NCBI GenBank assembly: GCA_030390025.1
Contig: CM059438.1
Span: 65,536,001-65,600,000, forward strand
Length of the DNA: 64,000 nucleotides
Source: Squalus acanthias
Lineage: Eukaryota
Reading direction: 5' to 3'
Numbering within the stretch: the stretch's first letter is position 1; each line of letters opens with the position of its first letter. The notes under the pieces are model-generated. The model did not search any database, was not told where the DNA came from, and was given only the letters and a program-made list of their open reading frames with translations. This document shows, piece after piece, positions 37,356 to 49,601 of this stretch. Position numbers and translations under genes: made by a program.

Positions 37356-37740
37356 ATTTCCTCCTTCTGAACCTGAGTGGAACCACTTTGGGTCAATTTT
37401 CACTTTACTTCTTAACTTTATTTCTGTCTTTGCCTTAGGTCGCCTTGAGTTTACAATCTGTTAATATTACATTTACATAAACACTCATAACATATACGTA
37501 TTGCTCTGACGGTCACCTTAGCCTTATTTCATTTGTTGATAATCATCCGTGAGCTCTCCTATACTCCACACTTAGGAGGGATCTCTGCTGACCCGACTCC
37601 TTGTTTTTGTCCTTAATTTTGCAAGGGCTAGTGCAAGTATATGATAATCACCAGCAGCAATATACAGCACTGAAAAATAGCTAACAATTGCGCAACAATG
37701 ACACTTAAGCAAATTATCATAACAAACACTAAAATACATT

Positions 37741-38545
37741 GGGCTGGATTTTCATTGACCCGTGGAGGCGGGTTTGGAGGCGTGTGGGGGGTTAAAATTG
37801 CGAAAACTGGTGGGCGGGCACAAGTCCGCCTCCATCCCGCCTCCACGCAATTTTCATGAAATCGTGTCTGCTGGTCCCGACTGCGTCCCGCCTTTAAGAG
37901 ACGGGATAGGCTGTTAAGGCCCTTAACAAGCACTAAATTGGCTGTATAATGCCATTTTGAAAGGCCTTTGTGATTTTAACCCTTGTTGTACGTGAAGCAC
38001 GCCTGTTCTGAACCATGATTGTGAAACCTGGCGGGAGCACATTTGGCTGGCTGTATCCACACACACAGGGCTGGATTTTGAATGACCCGTGGAGTCGGGT
38101 TTGGTGGCGTGTAGGGGGTTAAATTTGCAGGGTTGGGGGTCCCGACCCCATCCCGACTCCATCCCGCCTCCACGCAATTTTGACAAAATCAGTCGTGGGG
38201 TTCCCGACTCCAAGAGGCGGGAGAGGCTATTAAAGCCCTTAACAAGCCTTAAATTGGCTCTGTAATGCCATTTTGAAACGTTTTAGCTAGTTTAACTCTT
38301 TTCTGACGTGAAGTATGCCTGGTGTGAAACACTCCAGTGAAACCTGGCAGGAGCACAAGTGGATAGCTGACTATCAGCTGCAGGTCCACTATTACAACGG
38401 AGATGTGATGAAGGTAGTATTAGGTCTGAAAGTCGCCTCTGATGCTGCTGCATTGAATGTCTTCAGAGACTGTATGGCCTTTGCTGTGAGAGGACTTGGA
38501 AGCAAAAAAATTCATTCTCTCTCTCTACTCTCTCTACTCTCTCTC

Positions 38546-38579
<34 letters not shown>

Positions 38580-38839
38580 ACTCATATGAAAAGCCAGGCA
38601 GGTCCTCTCTCACCAACAGCCAGACAGTCTCTGAGACAAGGCAGTCAGCAATGATGACATCATCAGAGGTGACTTTCAGACTGAAACCACTAATTAGTTC
38701 ATGGGTTCCCACATGCTGGAACTCAATTGCCCAATTAAGTGAAAATTGCTTCAATCTCCCACATCCAATTGCAGTCGGGTGGATAACACGAAAAGTGGAT
38801 GACACGACCCCAACCCGCCCCAGTATCAAAATCCAGCCC
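37741..38839. mobile_element. Non-autonomous DNA transposon with duplicated left end
   Basis: TIR GGGCTGGATTTT / AAAATCCAGCCC, TSD ATT, second left end starting at 38068, internal (CT)n. Confidence 0.85.
38516..38579 (+). repeat. (CT)n microsatellite
   Basis: Direct observation. Confidence 0.95.
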
Positions 38840-40324
38840 ATTATTGTGTACGTAACAAAGCCATACTAATTATTCTAACCTATGGGTGTTGTCCAATATT
38901 ATAAACCATCTCCTACCTTGCATGATTCCCAAGGGTAGATGTCCCCCTTTTTAATGTCAGTATTACATTTTTTCATATGCATATCAGTTTTTCAGTATTA
39001 GGGTTTTAAACAACAGAGGCCAAGAAAATGTGTTCCTTTACTACTTCTCAGTCTTCATCTCCAGCATCCCCTGGTTACCCTGCATGGCCTTATCTGAGGT
39101 TCTCATCTTGTAAGCATCACGTACCTTTCTTGAGCCATTTGCTCTTCTAGTCTAAATTTAATTTGGCCAATAATACACATCATGATACAGACAGAGAAAA
39201 TCATAATACATTGTACTGAAAGGTAGTGCACCATATTATCAAGAAATCATGGACTTAAAAGATTCTCCAGCTCTTCTTTTACCCTTATCCATCTTGTGGA
39301 TATTTCTTGCTAAGTGTCGTTTCTCCCTAGCCCTCAATTGTCCCAATTTCATTGTTAACTCAAAGGAACCCAACCCTGAATTTTGTAAATCCAAATTCTA
39401 TGTCCCTCTTTACATTAATTTCAATCCCTCTGGCAGGTACTAGCGTGTTTAACTCTATCCTGATTGTTTCATAATAAAGGTTGCTTTCTCTGTGGAGCAT
39501 GTGTCAGTGCCTTGATTAAAAATGTTTCTCACTCTCCTGAGCCAGGTTAGCCATTTCATGTTGCGCTGTTGTCAAGTAACTGAGCATGTCTGAGACCCGT
39601 TCTTCAGTTAATAGTTATGTATTTCCATATGCTAGTTGCCTCATACACAACATATCGCATTTGCACACACCCACGTCTAATATCATGCCACACATGACAT
39701 CCGATCCAAGCCATTCCTGGGCTTTCAGGCCATCTTATCAACAGATCGGTGGGGGAGGGGTTGTGAAGATCTTTGATCATCTCCCCCTGCATGGTCCCAT
39801 TGTCTCGGGTAGTGGCCAGGCTATCAGATGCAGTTTCTTATTGTTCAGTATAGGCAAGGACACAAATATCTCCAAGAAAAAGCTATCAATTAATTATTCT
39901 CACCTACACTTTCCTGACTTTCACTAGAATGTACATTGATACAAATTGATATCTTTTGGTGAATTGTGCCCAGGTAATTTGTGTTACTTGTGGATGCACA
40001 TAAACATCTTTTCTCTAACCCTTTTGGATTGATTCCAATTCACTCATTATCCCGATAGAAAATTTCACATTTGGTGGTGTAATTTAGCTGTTTCTATCTG
40101 ATATTGTCAATCACTTCCACTCATTCAATTTTCAGAGTTATTATTTGCACAAACATTCTGCACAGCTTCTGTGCATGCACGCGGCATCCCGGAGCTTCGC
40201 ATGCGCACCCGAGCCCCTTCTGTGCATGCACGGTGTTACCAATGCTGCGCATGCACAGTACCCCACAGTTACAGCCACGCTTTCTTCAGCTCCATGGGAG
40301 TTGGTCGCTGGATCCGTTGGTGGC

Positions 40325-40800
40325 CAGGGGGAGAGAGAGGATCAAAAGGGGAGAGAGGGAATCGGAGGGGGAGAGAGAGAGAGGATTGGACGGTGGGGGA
40401 TAGAGAGTTGATCAGAGTGGGGAGAGAGAGGATCGGAGGGGGGAAGAGAGAGAGGGAATCAGAGAGAGAAAGGAGATTGGAGGGTGAGAGAGGAGGGGGA
40501 GAGAGAAAGAGGATTGGAGGGGGAGAGAAAGAAAGGATCGGAGGATGGGGAGAAAGAAAGGATCGGAGGGGGGAAAGAGAGAAAGGATCGGAGGGGGGAG
40601 AGAGAGAGGATTGGAGTGGGGAGAGAGAGAGGATTGGAGGGGGGAGAGAGAGAGGATTGGAGTGGGGAGAGAGAGACAGGAGATCTGAGGGGCGGAGAGA
40701 GTGAGGATCAGAGGGGGAGATAGAGAGGGAATTGGAGGGGGTAGAGAGAGAGGAGGGGGAGAGAGGATTGGAAGGGAGAGGTCAGGATCTCGGGGGGGGG
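40325..40800 (+). repeat. Polypurine low-complexity minisatellite (GAGAGAGAGGAT(C/T)GGAGGGGG-like units)
   Basis: Repeated ~21-23-nt purine-rich units with GGATCGG/GGATTGG anchors. Confidence 0.85.
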
Positions 40801-41427
40801 GGGAAGGTCAGGAACTCGAGAGGGGGGTGGGAGAGCACAATGGGGATGGAGGAAGAAAGTGATCTGGGTCTAAAGGGGGGAGGGGATGAGAGCAAGAACA
40901 TGATCCAGATGGTAAGATGGATCACATTCTTCCAACCCCATCCCCTTTACGCCCGTACCACATTCTCCCTCTCCTCCCCCTAGACCTGGTTGATTTCTCG
41001 GGAGGAGGTCAGGAACTCGGTGGGGGGGAGAGGCCAGGAACTTGGGGGGAGGTTAGGAACCTGTTGTGGGTGGGGGGCAGGAACTTGTGGGGGGGGGGTG
41101 GGGGGGCGGTGGGAGAATGTCTTAACCTGCAAGTTGTTCTATGTAAGCTCTGTTCTGTCTGGAGAAAGGCAGTCCAACTAATTGATTACTTAGGCAGGCA
41201 GGATCTAATTACACATTCCAGAGAAACTGCTGGGTGTGTCTTGTCCTCCAAAGGGACCAATCAGAAATCAGGTGTTGCCTTCAAGGTGAACAATCAGAGA
41301 TATGGCATTGGAAATAAACGCAACCTTCAATTTTACACACTCCAGTAATTACTATCTCATTCATGAGCTCTGGAAGAACTTTACTGTCCAATACAAAATT
41401 ATCACAATATCTTTAAAACATAGATGT

Positions 41428-41700
41428 TCCAGGGTGTTCCAGGCCCGCAGAGGGTCCGATCCCTGTCCCTGGGGTGCAGGGGGGGAGTTGCAATCCCTGG
41501 GGGGGTCCGATACCCGACCCCAGGGCCGAATCGCGATTCTGGGGGTTGGAAGGGGTGTTCCAGGCCTGGGGCAGGGTCCGATCCCTGTCCCTGGGGTGGG
41601 GTAGCTGCAATCTCTGGGGGTGTCCGATCCCCGACCCCAGGGCCAAATCGCGATCCTGGGGGGGGGGAGGGTGTTCAAGGCCCGGGGCGGGGTCTGAACC
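41428..41700 (+). repeat. Diverged tandem duplication (~120-bp unit, about 2.3 copies)
   Basis: GGGTGTTCCAGGCC...GGGTCCGATCCCTGTCCCTGGGGTG...GACCCCAGGGCC recurs at ~41432, ~41554 and ~41669. Confidence 0.8.
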
Positions 41701-41974
41701 ACTGAAGGGATAATTACTAGTCCTAGCCCCTTTAGGGCTACCCCGGATCAGGCGTATTCCCCAGACGTTCACTTTTAACTAAGTTTGAGGTAGCTGAATC
41801 CTAAAGACGCTTAATTGGGTCTAAAGGTCCAGACTATCTCTCCCTAAAGGAAAGGAACAACCTGAAGATGTTACCGTCCTCCAGATAGCACTTTTAATAA
41901 GTTTAGCTAGACTGTAACATTCCGGATATTATGAGGGTCCGGAAAACTCCCTCAGAATTCTGCAACTCCTCACC

Positions 41975-42805
41975 AAAGAGCGTACAGAGATTGAGTTTGC
42001 GAGTTTGATACAGAAGTATTATGTGAGATAATTCTAAAAATATATAGATTTATTAAAGAACCGACATGTAATTACAGTTGGTGATTCAATCGCAACATTA
42101 ACAGTTCCAAAAACAGAAATCTTACAATTCTATTATCAGAGATCCTTATTCTCAAATCTTAACTTCGTTACATTTTTACAGTTCTTAGTCTTATTCCAGG
42201 ATATCCACCAAAATCAAATACAGTACAATACCTTGATCCCCGAGGTACAAAGAGTTGTAGACTTACAGAGCTTGCCTCTGAAGCCTGAGAATCGCTTTGC
42301 CCCTTTACAGCGAATCTGTCAGGCCATTTGAAAGTTCAATATTTATATCCTTTTTCAGTTGTATTTCCTTTGAAGTTTTCTGCTGATGTAAGTTAATTAT
42401 CTCTAGTCATTTTTTCTGCTGACTTCTGCTATTCTTACAGTCAGTTCAGCTGGTAGCAATGCAGACTTGTGTCTCTCCCTTATTTCATTTGATGTCATTT
42501 TTACGAAGGCATATGTTACTTAATTTTCTGTGTTTCTTTCTGAAGTGTAAATTAGGACACCTTAACAGGGTGTACCATTGTGTTATTTCCAAAGCTTCAG
42601 ACTATCAGGAACCTCCAACCTCCTGTTTCAATAAGGTTATTGATTCAGTGTCAACAACTGATCTTATCTCAATAGCCTGTATGCTGTTTACAGCTTTAGA
42701 TTGTTGAGGCTTCCAGATTTCCAAACCCAGTTTGTCATGTTTTAATAAGGCTAGAATTTTCTCATAGAATGGTGTATTTTTCTGAATATGGCTTATTCCT
42801 TAACA
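41975..42805 (-). mobile_element. Probable LTR with leader region to its left
   Basis: Minus-strand start TGTTAAGG at 42805, TATA-like GGATATAAAT (~42341), AATAAA (~42049), and a CCA at ~41975 consistent with a PBS. Confidence 0.45.
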
Positions 42806-42809
42806 CCCC

Positions 42810-43170
42810 GACCCCGGGGAGGGCCAGGCTGATGGTGGGGGAGCTTGGGGGGCCGTGAGGAAGCACTCCTACTCCTCCTGGCCCACAAGCATTGCTCCCC
42901 GAGGCTGAGGCCATCTCGTTGCAGTCATCGGGAATCCCGAGCCCTGGGATCCCCGGCTGCCAGCAGTAAAACCTGCAAAGCAGGTTAAAGTAGAGGCTTC
43001 AGGCCTCATTATCATATTTAAATTACCAACCCGCCTCTTGGAAGCGGTTTGGCAGCACCCCCCCATCCCGCCTGAGTGAAAGGTGAAAGTGGGCAGGTTG
43101 ACATTTTTCAACTTTCACTTCCCCCCCACCCACTCCTTCAACCCACCCATTCTTACCTCTGAAAATTTGT
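42810..43170 (-). mobile_element. Fragment of the 5121-5831 MITE family
   Basis: Reverse complement of GGTTGGTAATTTAAATAT...ATGAGGC and its flanks. Confidence 0.7.
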
Positions 43171-43263
43171 CTTGGAAGATAACAGATGACCCTCAATAGG
43201 TTAAGGCCAAGCCTTTGAAAGGCAAAGCCTTTAGTCCAAATCATCACCACACTGTGACATTTG

Positions 43264-44104
43264 GGGCTGGATTTTCCCAGCCCTGAAGAGGCGGGTTTGG
43301 AGGTGTGACTGCTGGGAAAATGGGAAAAATTGGGAGCGGGTCCCAACGTGCCTCCGAACCATCTTCCCCGACTCACGTAGGGACCCATCTCCTAGTGGCG
43401 GGAAGTGGATTAGAGCCAATTAACTGCCTGTTAACGGGTAGTTAACAGGCAGTTAAGAAGCTTTTCCCCATTTTCAGCCTGCTGATGTGGGCTTCCCGAC
43501 GGCAGGAAACCCCGCCAGGGTCAGCGAGGCGAGCTGTGGGTCTGCTGCAGTGTAAGTGTGCAAATGACAGCTGCAGAGGTAGTGTGATGGGTGCAATGGT
43601 GCACAGGTAAGTATGACAGGTGAGAGAATGTAGTGAGAAATATTTTTATTCTGTTTATATGTATCTGCAGGTGACAAGATTTGATGTTTCTGTGAAGCCT
43701 CATCTGATTGGGAGAATTGACAGATGGCTTCTGCAATCTCACATGCAGTTGCCATCTGTTTTCTCCTAAGGAGAGAGTCATTAGTGAGTCTGGGTGCAAG
43801 GGCTCACCTTTGGACAGTGATTGTCAGTGTTTGACAGCACCTCAATACTGTCAAACACTGACAATTCATCTGTCAAAAAATTATGGGGCCTGTCCCTTTA
43901 AGAAAACTGACAGATGAACCGTCATGCACTGATGTCATCTGACACCGGCTTTCCCTTAATTGACCGGCAAGCCCACAGGGCGGGCTTAACAAGACCAATC
44001 TAGGGAAAATAGCATCTGTTTGTCAGACGTCGCTGGGGGCGGGACTAGTACCTGGAAGGCAGCAGTCCCGCCCCCAACTCATCTCGGCTGGCAAAATCCA
44101 GCCC
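43264..44104. mobile_element. Non-autonomous DNA transposon (GGGCTGGATTTT TIR)
   Basis: TIRs GGGCTGGATTTT / AAAATCCAGCCC and TSD TTG on both sides. Confidence 0.85.
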
Positions 44105-44958
44105 TTGATGTTTGCAGATAAGGTCTTAAATTCTTAAAACTACTGAATCTCTTGATGCACCAACATTTTTCCAAAGGTCACTTCATAACTCTGTGAAGCC
44201 ATATTTACGTCAAAGAACGACTCTGTGTAATCTTACACCATCAACATTCATGCGGTCCTGCAAACCATGGTCCCCTGTTTAAAGAAAAGAAAAACAGAGA
44301 ATCCATTGTGGCTCTTCTTGAGAGGCCAAGGGATTAATCTGTCTATTCATGATTTCCTTTAGTCACCGTGGGGAAATACCCACTCAAGATAAGAAACGTA
44401 GGGGGAGAAATTCGGTATTGCCCCTTTTGGGGCGCTAAAACTTTAAGGGGTAAAAATTCAGTTGGTTGCGCCTCCCGTTAGCGCCTTAAGAGGGCGCTAA
44501 TGGGGCGCAAAGCCGCTGGCGCCCAGGCGCAGCGATGTTTGCGCCGCTCGGGAACTTAACTAGACATTGGGCGGCGGCGCTAAACTTTACCGCTGCGACC
44601 ACCTGCGCGCGCAGATTGTGACGTCATTCCATGGTGCAACGCCCTTGTGGCGCCCCGGAGCGGAAATTGAGTGGCGCCCACTGCCTTACCGCCTGGCGCA
44701 TCCAACGACCGGAAGACTGGAATGCTATCAATCACTGTGGGGCTGGGGGGGGGCGCTATTTAAAGGGGGCCTCTTCCTGTCTTTTTCTGTGGTTGACATT
44801 TTTGCACCACTCGTTCTGAGAGAGAGAGAGAGATTCGGAGAGAGAGAAAGAGAGACTTCTGCATTGAGTCAACGCTTTGTGAGGTAGTTTTGCCTACTGA
44901 TCCTAACTTCGCTGGTACTTTGGTTGCAGTCCTTCATAACTTTGCTTGCAAAGAGACT

Positions 44959-46119
44959 ATGGGGGCTGCACTGAATGGGGGCGTCGTCCTGCTCCAGCTG
45001 AATCGGAGGACACAGAGACGCAGAGAGAGAGTGGCAATGATGGCCAGACGGAGGAGAGCCAACAGGCGTATGTACAGGAGAGCTTACCCTCCCAGGGTAT
45101 ATCATGAACAGCTCTCCTACATTCATTTGTCTGAGGAGCTGTGTTTGCGAAGGCTGCGATTCAGCAAGGAGGTGGTCACTGAGCTCTGCCACCTGCTGCA
45201 GCCAGATCTGCAGCCTCAACTGAGCTCCAGGACGTCTCTGTCGGTGGCAGTGAAGGTCACAGTGGCTCTCAACTTCTATGCTACTGGCTGATTTCAAGCT
45301 GCTGCTGGGGACCTCGCCAATATCTCCTAGTTCGCGGTGCATTGCTGCATCCGGCAGGTCACAAATGCCCTCTTTAAAAGGAGACGAGAGTTCATCTCTT
45401 TCCCCATGACCACAGACAAGCAGCGTGACCGCGCTCTGGGCTTTGCGAGGATAGCGGGCTTCCCCATGGTGCAGGGCACCATTGACTGCACGCATGTGGC
45501 TTTGCGTGCTCCACATGAGAATGCCGAGGAATTCCGGAACAGAAAGGGGTTCCATTCCTTGAATGTTCAGTTGGTCTGTGACCACAGACAGCTGATACTC
45601 GCTGTCAATGCCCACTATCCTGGCAGCTGCCACGATGCTTTCATCCTGCGCCAGACTACTGTGGCAGAACTTTTCGAGGCACCGCATCAGCCAGTTGGTT
45701 GGCTTCTCGGGGACAAGGGGTATCCATTGAGCACCTGGCTGATGACACCGCTCCGTACGCCCAACACCCCTGCTGAGCTGCGGTACAATGAGAGCCATCA
45801 AGCTACCAGGAACATCATTGAGCGCACAATCGGCGTGCTGAAGCAACGGTTCCGCTGTCTCGATCATTCTGGAGGAGCCCTGTAGTACTCGCCTGAGCGA
45901 GTATCCAACTTCGTAGTTGTGTGCTGCATGTTGCATAACATGGCAATCGTCAGGACCCAGCCAATGCCACCAGGCCTTGGAGCACCACCAGAGGAGGAGG
46001 AGGAAGAGGAGGAAGAGGACGAGGAGGATGATCATCAGCAGCACCAAGGCGGGAGGGCGGCCCACAATGGTGAAACTGCAAGGGCCGTCCGTCAACGGCT
46101 GATAGCAAGCCGCTTCTAG
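44959..46119 (+). pseudogene. Harbinger (HARBI1-like) DDE transposase, single frame with 3 in-frame stops
   Basis: GTIDCTHV, LLGDKGY and RNIIERTIG catalytic motifs. Stops at 45289, 45328 and 45883; no frameshift. Confidence 0.92.
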
Positions 46120-46431
46120 GGCCCCTGCTGTGGAAATGGCTTCTGCCATTGCTAACAACATCAATGAACCCAGCACGCAATCCCTAAGCCGGCCAAGGCA
46201 CCAATGATTCCAAACACCAAACATGTATATTTTGAATACAAAAACTTATTTATTTTACAAACTCTGTGTGTGTCATTTCCTTATGACAAACTCATAGAAA
46301 TAAACACAAAAAAACAGTCATTAACATAACTGGTTCTCACAACCTGGAGATAATGTCCAAAACACTAGACAAAAGTTGGACCACGAACCTCGGCCTTTAA
46401 TAAAAAAATGACCAGCATTTTGTCACACCTC

Positions 46432-48359
46432 CTACTTTTTGCCCTTCGAGGGTGATCTCCTTCCCTTGCACACTTCCCTCATTCTAACCCTACTGCTCCT
46501 CCGTAATGGGACCTCAGTGGCTGCAGCAAGGCTGGTGGAAGGCTGCAGATTGTCAGACCCTGACACTGCAGATGCCCCTGAAGGACGGCCTCGACCAGTT
46601 CTGGGCCTGGAGGGCCCGGCTGCAGACTGCACCAACTCTGCATGGGCGGCAGCAGTCTGTCCTACAGGCGGTGGCAAGTGCAGTGGAGAAGTGACAGTGT
46701 TGGCAGCAGGAATGCTGTCATCGTGAGAGAGGACAGCAACTCCCTGCTCGCCCGACACACTGGCACTCCCACGGGGCAGCACTTCAGCATCCGGAGCAAT
46801 CTGCTGGAGAACAGATTGCTGGCCTGCTGCGGCGCGGTGAAAGCCCCGGGGACATGTGAACGAACCATCGAGGTTGGCAGCAGTCTGTGCTCGCGTGGCC
46901 TCAATCTGAGTCTGCATGAGAGCAGTCAGAGATGGGATCACGGCAGCCAGTGACTGAATTGCAGCACTAAGCTTTAGTGTGGCATCCGCCTGTGCTACAG
47001 TGAAGTGCTCCACACTCCTTGCCAGTGACTCAATGCATTCGGGCACCCTTCCCACTGCACCCATGAGCTCAGTGTGCATGCCCACCGCCTGGGTGTTCAT
47101 TTCTGCGATCAGCCGCTCCTCCTCTGCGTCCATTGCAGTAGGAGTCGCTGGCATACTCTCCCTCTGGGGAGAAGGCCCCCGTTCTTCCCTACCCCCATGG
47201 CGTTGCTGCAGCCCACTGGGTCCTGGAGCTTCACCCTCATCAGACCCTTCCCCCCTGCTCCCCTCCAGGGAAGGCGTGTTCCCAGTGTGGGCATGGGCTT
47301 CCTCGGGAGAGGGTGGCACTGATGCTCCGGCTTCCTCTTCCTCCTCGGCTGCAGCTTCACTCCCACTGGCAGCTTCAGGGCCCGTCTCCTCAGCTGGTGA
47401 ATCACCATCTGAAAGCAGGGAGGTACAAGAGTGGCTTTAGCGTGAGGACAGGGTGGCAGTAAGGGAGGAAAAAGTGCAGCGAGTTAGCAAGTTGGATTGA
47501 AAGTGTCAAAGGCTGGTGTTGTGAGGGACAAGTGGAAGGACAGAGGACAAAAAGGTGATGACCTTACCATTGTTGTCCAGAACGGGGTCGGCGTCTCCAG
47601 TGGCGATGGGACCGATCACCCGGCTTGCCACAATCCTGTGGACGCGCTCCTCAAGATCGCTGAGGGGTTGCAGCTGAGGCCGCCCTCCACCTGTCCGTTG
47701 CTGCTGTCTCCTATTATGCGCCAGCTTGGCCTGCAAGTAAAAGGACAGCATCTGAGTAAATATACAGCCATGGTCTTGCCTGATGTGCCTCCCATAGGTG
47801 AATAGCCCTTACTGTATGCAGCCATGGTCTTGCCTGATGTGTCTCCCATAGGTGAATAGCCCTTACTGTATGCAGCCATGGTCTTGCCTGATGTGCCTCC
47901 CATAGGTGAATCACCCTTACTGTATGCAGCCATGGTCTTGCCTGATGTGCCTCCCATAGGTGAATAGCCCTTACTGTATGCAAAGTGTGGAATGTGTGTG
48001 TGTGTTCCATGAAAGGGCCATAGGTGTTGGATGAGTGTTGTGCATTGGGGTTTTAAGACCCTCTGGCCATAGAGTGAGGTTGAGATGGAGGGATGGAGAG
48101 GTATTGAGAAAAAGCCACTAACCCTGACGACCCGAGTGAGGTCGTTGAACTTTTTGCGGCATTGAACATGGGTCCTGGGCACCATGCTCCTGGAGGAGAC
48201 GCTCTGAGCCACCTCCCTCCACACTCTTCTGTACTCGCGTGGCAAAGGCCTCCTGCCACTCTCAGGGAAGAGTATAGATCTTCTGCGCTCCACCGCGCCA
48301 ACCAGAGCATCCAAGGCCCGCTCGGTGAAGCGCTGAGCTCGTTCTCTCACCCTCTCCAT
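46432..48359 (-). CDS. Harbinger Myb/SANT-like DNA-binding protein, spliced, predicted 458 aa
   Basis: Exons 48359-48123 (donor GTTAGT), 47730-47568 (donor GTAAG) and 47408-46432 with AG acceptors. Total 1377 nt with no internal stop. Same exon structure as the copy at 32933-35754. Confidence 0.8.
47765..47982 (+). repeat. 54-bp tandem repeat x4 in Myb gene intron 1
   Basis: Unit CAGCCATGGTCTTGCCTGATGTGCCTCCCATAGGTGAATAGCCCTTACTGTATG, nearly identical copies. Confidence 0.95.
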
Positions 48360-49601
48360 CCTTGGCAGCAAAATGGATTCACAGGTCTCTCCAGGCTGAG
48401 ATTCAAGGCTGCAATGAGCAGGCTGTGGCTGGGGAGCAAGTTGGCTCCCCCCCCTTTAAGAACTGGCCGGTGCCAGTGTGTCTGTGTTCCCTCGCTAACT
48501 GGCAGCACCTGCGCTGCGCTCGCGCGCTGAGTTAGCGCCTCACTGCTCGGCCTTTGCGCCTTAAGACAGGTGTGCAGCGCCTGATTTAGCGCTCCACTCA
48601 CCTCCCGGGGCGGTAAAAGTGAAGTTTCCAGTCAGTGGCGATAATTAGCGCCAGGCGCTAATTTTTGCGTCCAGACGATATTTGCGCCCCAAACGGGGCG
48701 CGACCTAATTTTTCCCCCAAGAAGTTTAAAAATTAGCGCCAGGCACTAATCATTCTCGCCTCCCGTGAAATTCAGTTTTAGCGCTCCAAGAGGGAAGTGG
48801 AGCGCTAAATCAAGCGCTAACCACTTCTCTTAGGGCGCTAAAGTGTGTGAGAGGGGCGGTAGTGGCAGAGCGCTGGAGAATGTGCAGTGTATTGCTGCCG
48901 GCATCAGAGGCTCCTTCCCTCGCTTAAAGGGAAGGGCCAATGATGATTTGCAACATCTTTCTTCTTAGTTCTGTGGGGCCAAGGGAACTTCGCGACTTCT
49001 ATACAGTCCCACTCACTCTCAGAGCGTGGAGGGCTTAGGCATCGCGCAGCAATGAAGCTTCAAAAACTTTCAGCAGGCACCAGACTGGTGCGAAGAATAA
49101 AATTTGGCCTATCTGACCACCACTGCCTTTAATTATCGCTCCTCAAGTGGCCAGCCGAAGTGACAACGCCTCCTGTTGCTGCCGTTGTTGACGCCCGGCG
49201 ATGCAGCAGGGGGCGGAAGCGAATTTCACATCCGGGGCGGGAAGGGGGCACTGCGCACTTGATGACGTCTTGATCTACGGGGCGCTAGAGACCGAGGTGG
49301 TGAGTGTTAGCGCCAGCGCAAAACTGCCAGGGAGGTTCACGGGCGTCGCTGAATTCGCCGCGCCTGGTCGGTAACCCCTTAGCGCCCCGTTACCGCCCCC
49401 CGCAAGCGCCAACGGGAGGCGCAAAGCAGCCGAATTTCTCGCCCCAAAAATGTTATAATACCCAATATATGTTTACATTCAGCAATAGAAAGTTATTGCT
49501 TGACAAATTAAAAACAGCTGTCAGCGGAAAGGATTAACTTCTTTGTATGTGTATAAGAAGATATTGTCAGAAGGAGGCACTGGTGTCACTTCAAAGTCTA
49601 T

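Larger units (their letters stand above)
44448..48718 (+). mobile_element. Full-length PIF/Harbinger transposon (convergent transposase + Myb/SANT genes)
   Basis: Ends GGGTAAAAATT / AATTTTTCCCCC, probable TSD AAG, TAGCGCC subterminal repeats. Confidence 0.9.
44401..49445. mobile_element. Non-autonomous Harbinger-type MITE (44401-44446 + 48719-49445) split by a full Harbinger
   Basis: Outer TIRs GGGGGAGAAATTCGG / CCGAATTTCTCGCCCC. Homologous to 10850-11578. Confidence 0.75.

Noticed and set aside
40171..40983. Arg/Glu/Gly-rich ORFs
   Set aside because: Translation of a polypurine low-complexity repeat.
44869..46224. 451-aa antisense ORF, the longest in the track
   Set aside because: Shadow frame opposite the Harbinger transposase. 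It has no recognisable domain and is not open in the paralog at 31635-32769.
47765..47982. CRISPR-like regular repeats (also 7049-7250)
   Set aside because: Contiguous tandem units without unique spacers, eukaryotic context, no cas genes.
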